DNA of 64,000 nt from Verrucomicrobiota bacterium (lineage in GTDB: Bacteria > Verrucomicrobiota > Verrucomicrobiia > Limisphaerales > AAA164-E04), in contig CP170459.1 of NCBI GenBank assembly GCA_047947115.1, positions 4,576,001 to 4,640,000 on the forward strand. Direction: 5' to 3'. Below are positions 62,390 through 64,000 of this stretch, in pieces. Made by a program: the position numbers and the translations under genes. Numbering within the stretch: the stretch's first letter is position 1; every line of letters begins with the position of its first letter. The notes below the pieces were generated by a model. That model made no database searches. It was not told where the DNA came from and worked only from the letters and a program-made list of their open reading frames with translations.

Positions 62390-63652
62390 ATGATCGAAAT
62401 GTTCAGGAGTTTGTTCGGCATGGGTGCGATCCTGGCACTGGCATGGGCCTTTTCGCGTCATCGCAGACAATTTCCTTTTCGTACCGTAGTCTGGGGTTTG
62501 GGGCTGCAATTGGCGATCGGGATTTTAATACTGAAGACCCCTATTGGTCTGAAGATATTTGGCCTTGCCCAAAAAGCCGTCTTGAAGCTGAACGACGTCT
62601 CCCAAGTAGGAGCCGCCATGATCTTCGGTCCGCTGGCCAGCACCGAACAGCTCGCCAGCGTGTTCGGTCCCAACAACACCTTCATTTTTGCGGTGTCCAT
62701 CACTGCCACCATCATTGTCGTGGGGGCCTTGTCCTCGCTGCTCTACCATTGGGGCGTCCTGCAGTTCATGGTGCATTGGATGGCCCTGATCATGCGCCGT
62801 CTGATGGGAACTTCCGGAAGTGAAACATTGGCCACCGCAGCCAACTGCTTTGTGGGTCACACGGAGGCGCCGCTGGTGATCAAACCCTACATTCAAAAAA
62901 TGACCCAGAGCGAACTGATGGCACTCATGACCGGTGGCATGGCCACCATCGCTGGCGGGGTGTTGGCAGTCTATGCACAGTTCGGGCGCAACGCCGGTTT
63001 CCCGGAATTGGCAGGACACCTGGTCACAGCTTCTCTGATGAGCGCGCCGGCCGCTCTGGTCATCGCAAAAATCCTCATCCCTGAAACCGAAACCAGCGAA
63101 ACCAGTGCCACTTCCAAACTCACCGACACCAAAACCTCAGCCAACAGCATCGACGCCCTCTGCAAAGGTGCACGCGATGGGGGCATGCTGGCTTTGAACG
63201 TCATGGCCATGGTCCTGGCTTTTGTCGCCATTGTGGCGCTGGCCAACTTCATCCTGCAATGGCCGCAAACCCGTATGGGCATCGTGCAACCCATTTCATT
63301 GGAAACCATTTTCGGATGGATCAATGCACCCTTCGCCTGGCTCATTGGCATCCCTTGGGAACATTGCACCCTCGTCGGAAGCATGCTGGGAGAACGCATT
63401 GTTTTAAACGAGTTGTTCGGATACCTATCCCTCACAGGTAACCGCGAGGTCTTGGACGAACGCACCTTTCTGATCACCAGTTATGCTCTCTGCGGATTCG
63501 CCAACTTCGGAAGTGTGGCTGTCCAAATAGGCGGCCTGAGCGCCCTGGTTCCCGAACGCCGAAGCGAATTCGCGCGGCTCGGATTATGGTCCATGTTCGC
63601 AGGCCTGATGGCATGCTATCTCACCGCCACCTTGGTTGGCTTGCTGGTTTGA
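62390..63652 (+). CDS. Concentrative nucleoside transporter (CNT/NupC family)
   Basis: FVGHTEAPL, GGMATIAG, SLMSAPAA, ALCGFANFGS..QIGG. Confidence 0.92.
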   Translation: MIEMFRSLFGMGAILALAWAFSRHRRQFPFRTVVWGLGLQLAIGILILKTPIGLKIFGLAQKAVLKLNDVSQVGAAMIFGPLASTEQLASVFGPNNTFIFAVSITATIIVVGALSSLLYHWGVLQFMVHWMALIMRRLMGTSGSETLATAANCFVGHTEAPLVIKPYIQKMTQSELMALMTGGMATIAGGVLAVYAQFGRNAGFPELAGHLVTASLMSAPAALVIAKILIPETETSETSATSKLTDTKTSANSIDALCKGARDGGMLALNVMAMVLAFVAIVALANFILQWPQTRMGIVQPISLETIFGWINAPFAWLIGIPWEHCTLVGSMLGERIVLNELFGYLSLTGNREVLDERTFLITSYALCGFANFGSVAVQIGGLSALVPERRSEFARLGLWSMFAGLMACYLTATLVGLLV

Positions 63653-64000
63653 TCAAATTTGCGGGAAACGGAATCAATCAAATGCGCGATCACCCAAAAT
63701 TGCATCTCATTTTGTTTGACATTCATGCAGTAAAGCGCCGGCCATCCAACAGCGTTCCGGTTGACAACAAGACTCGCTGGAGACTGCGACATCCTTGCTC
63801 ACATGCATCGGGCTTGCCCTTGGAGTGATTCGTTGCGTCCCTGAACAGTAAGAAAACACCCTAATCGGCGCCAACGACCACAAATGGATCCAATTCCATC
63901 GCTGGGGTCTCACCTATAACAATTAATCCACCATGCATCATGCAAAAGGTTCGTAAAACCTGCATATTACGAGCCCTGTTTTTCAGTATCAGCATCACAT

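Noticed and set aside
63653..64000. Possible gene start near 63939 (MQKVRKTCILRALFFSISIT)
   Set aside because: Cut by the window edge and too short to support a call

Overview
Bacterial chromosomal window, probably a marine Verrucomicrobiota member (inferred from the dnaK-groES-groEL order, sulfatases, a DUF6370-like protein and A-rich start regions without Shine-Dalgarno sites). Bases 1-18.7 kb are a surface-polysaccharide locus: wza-like, wzc, wzm/wzt, methyltransferase, P-loop kinase, nitroreductase, pyruvyl transferase, GT4, sulfotransferase and deacetylase. Embedded in it is a full set of lasso-peptide-type maturation genes: HPr-kinase-like kinase, ABC exporter, nucleotidyltransferase, PqqD/RRE, B2 protease and a Cys1-less asparagine-synthetase-like cyclase. 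I found no precursor peptide. This RiPP-machinery/glycan hybrid is the best candidate for an undescribed system. An IS1634 remnant closes the locus. The rest is mostly housekeeping or accessory: ppk1, riboflavin synthase, an MBOAT/SGNH pair, a LamG-FN3-gingipain-like protein, prc, leuD-like, LarA-like, prenyltransferase-repeat, Asp/Asn beta-hydroxylase, GH5, two sulfatases, MFS, tRNA nucleotidyltransferase, a secreted protein with four Cys/His repeats, a TetR-RND efflux operon with a visible operator, dnaK-groES-groEL behind a sigma54-type promoter, copA, a rhamnose isomerase plus sugar ABC operon and a CNT transporter. No rRNA, tRNA or CRISPR array was seen. All calls rest on visual motif recognition; no searches were run.
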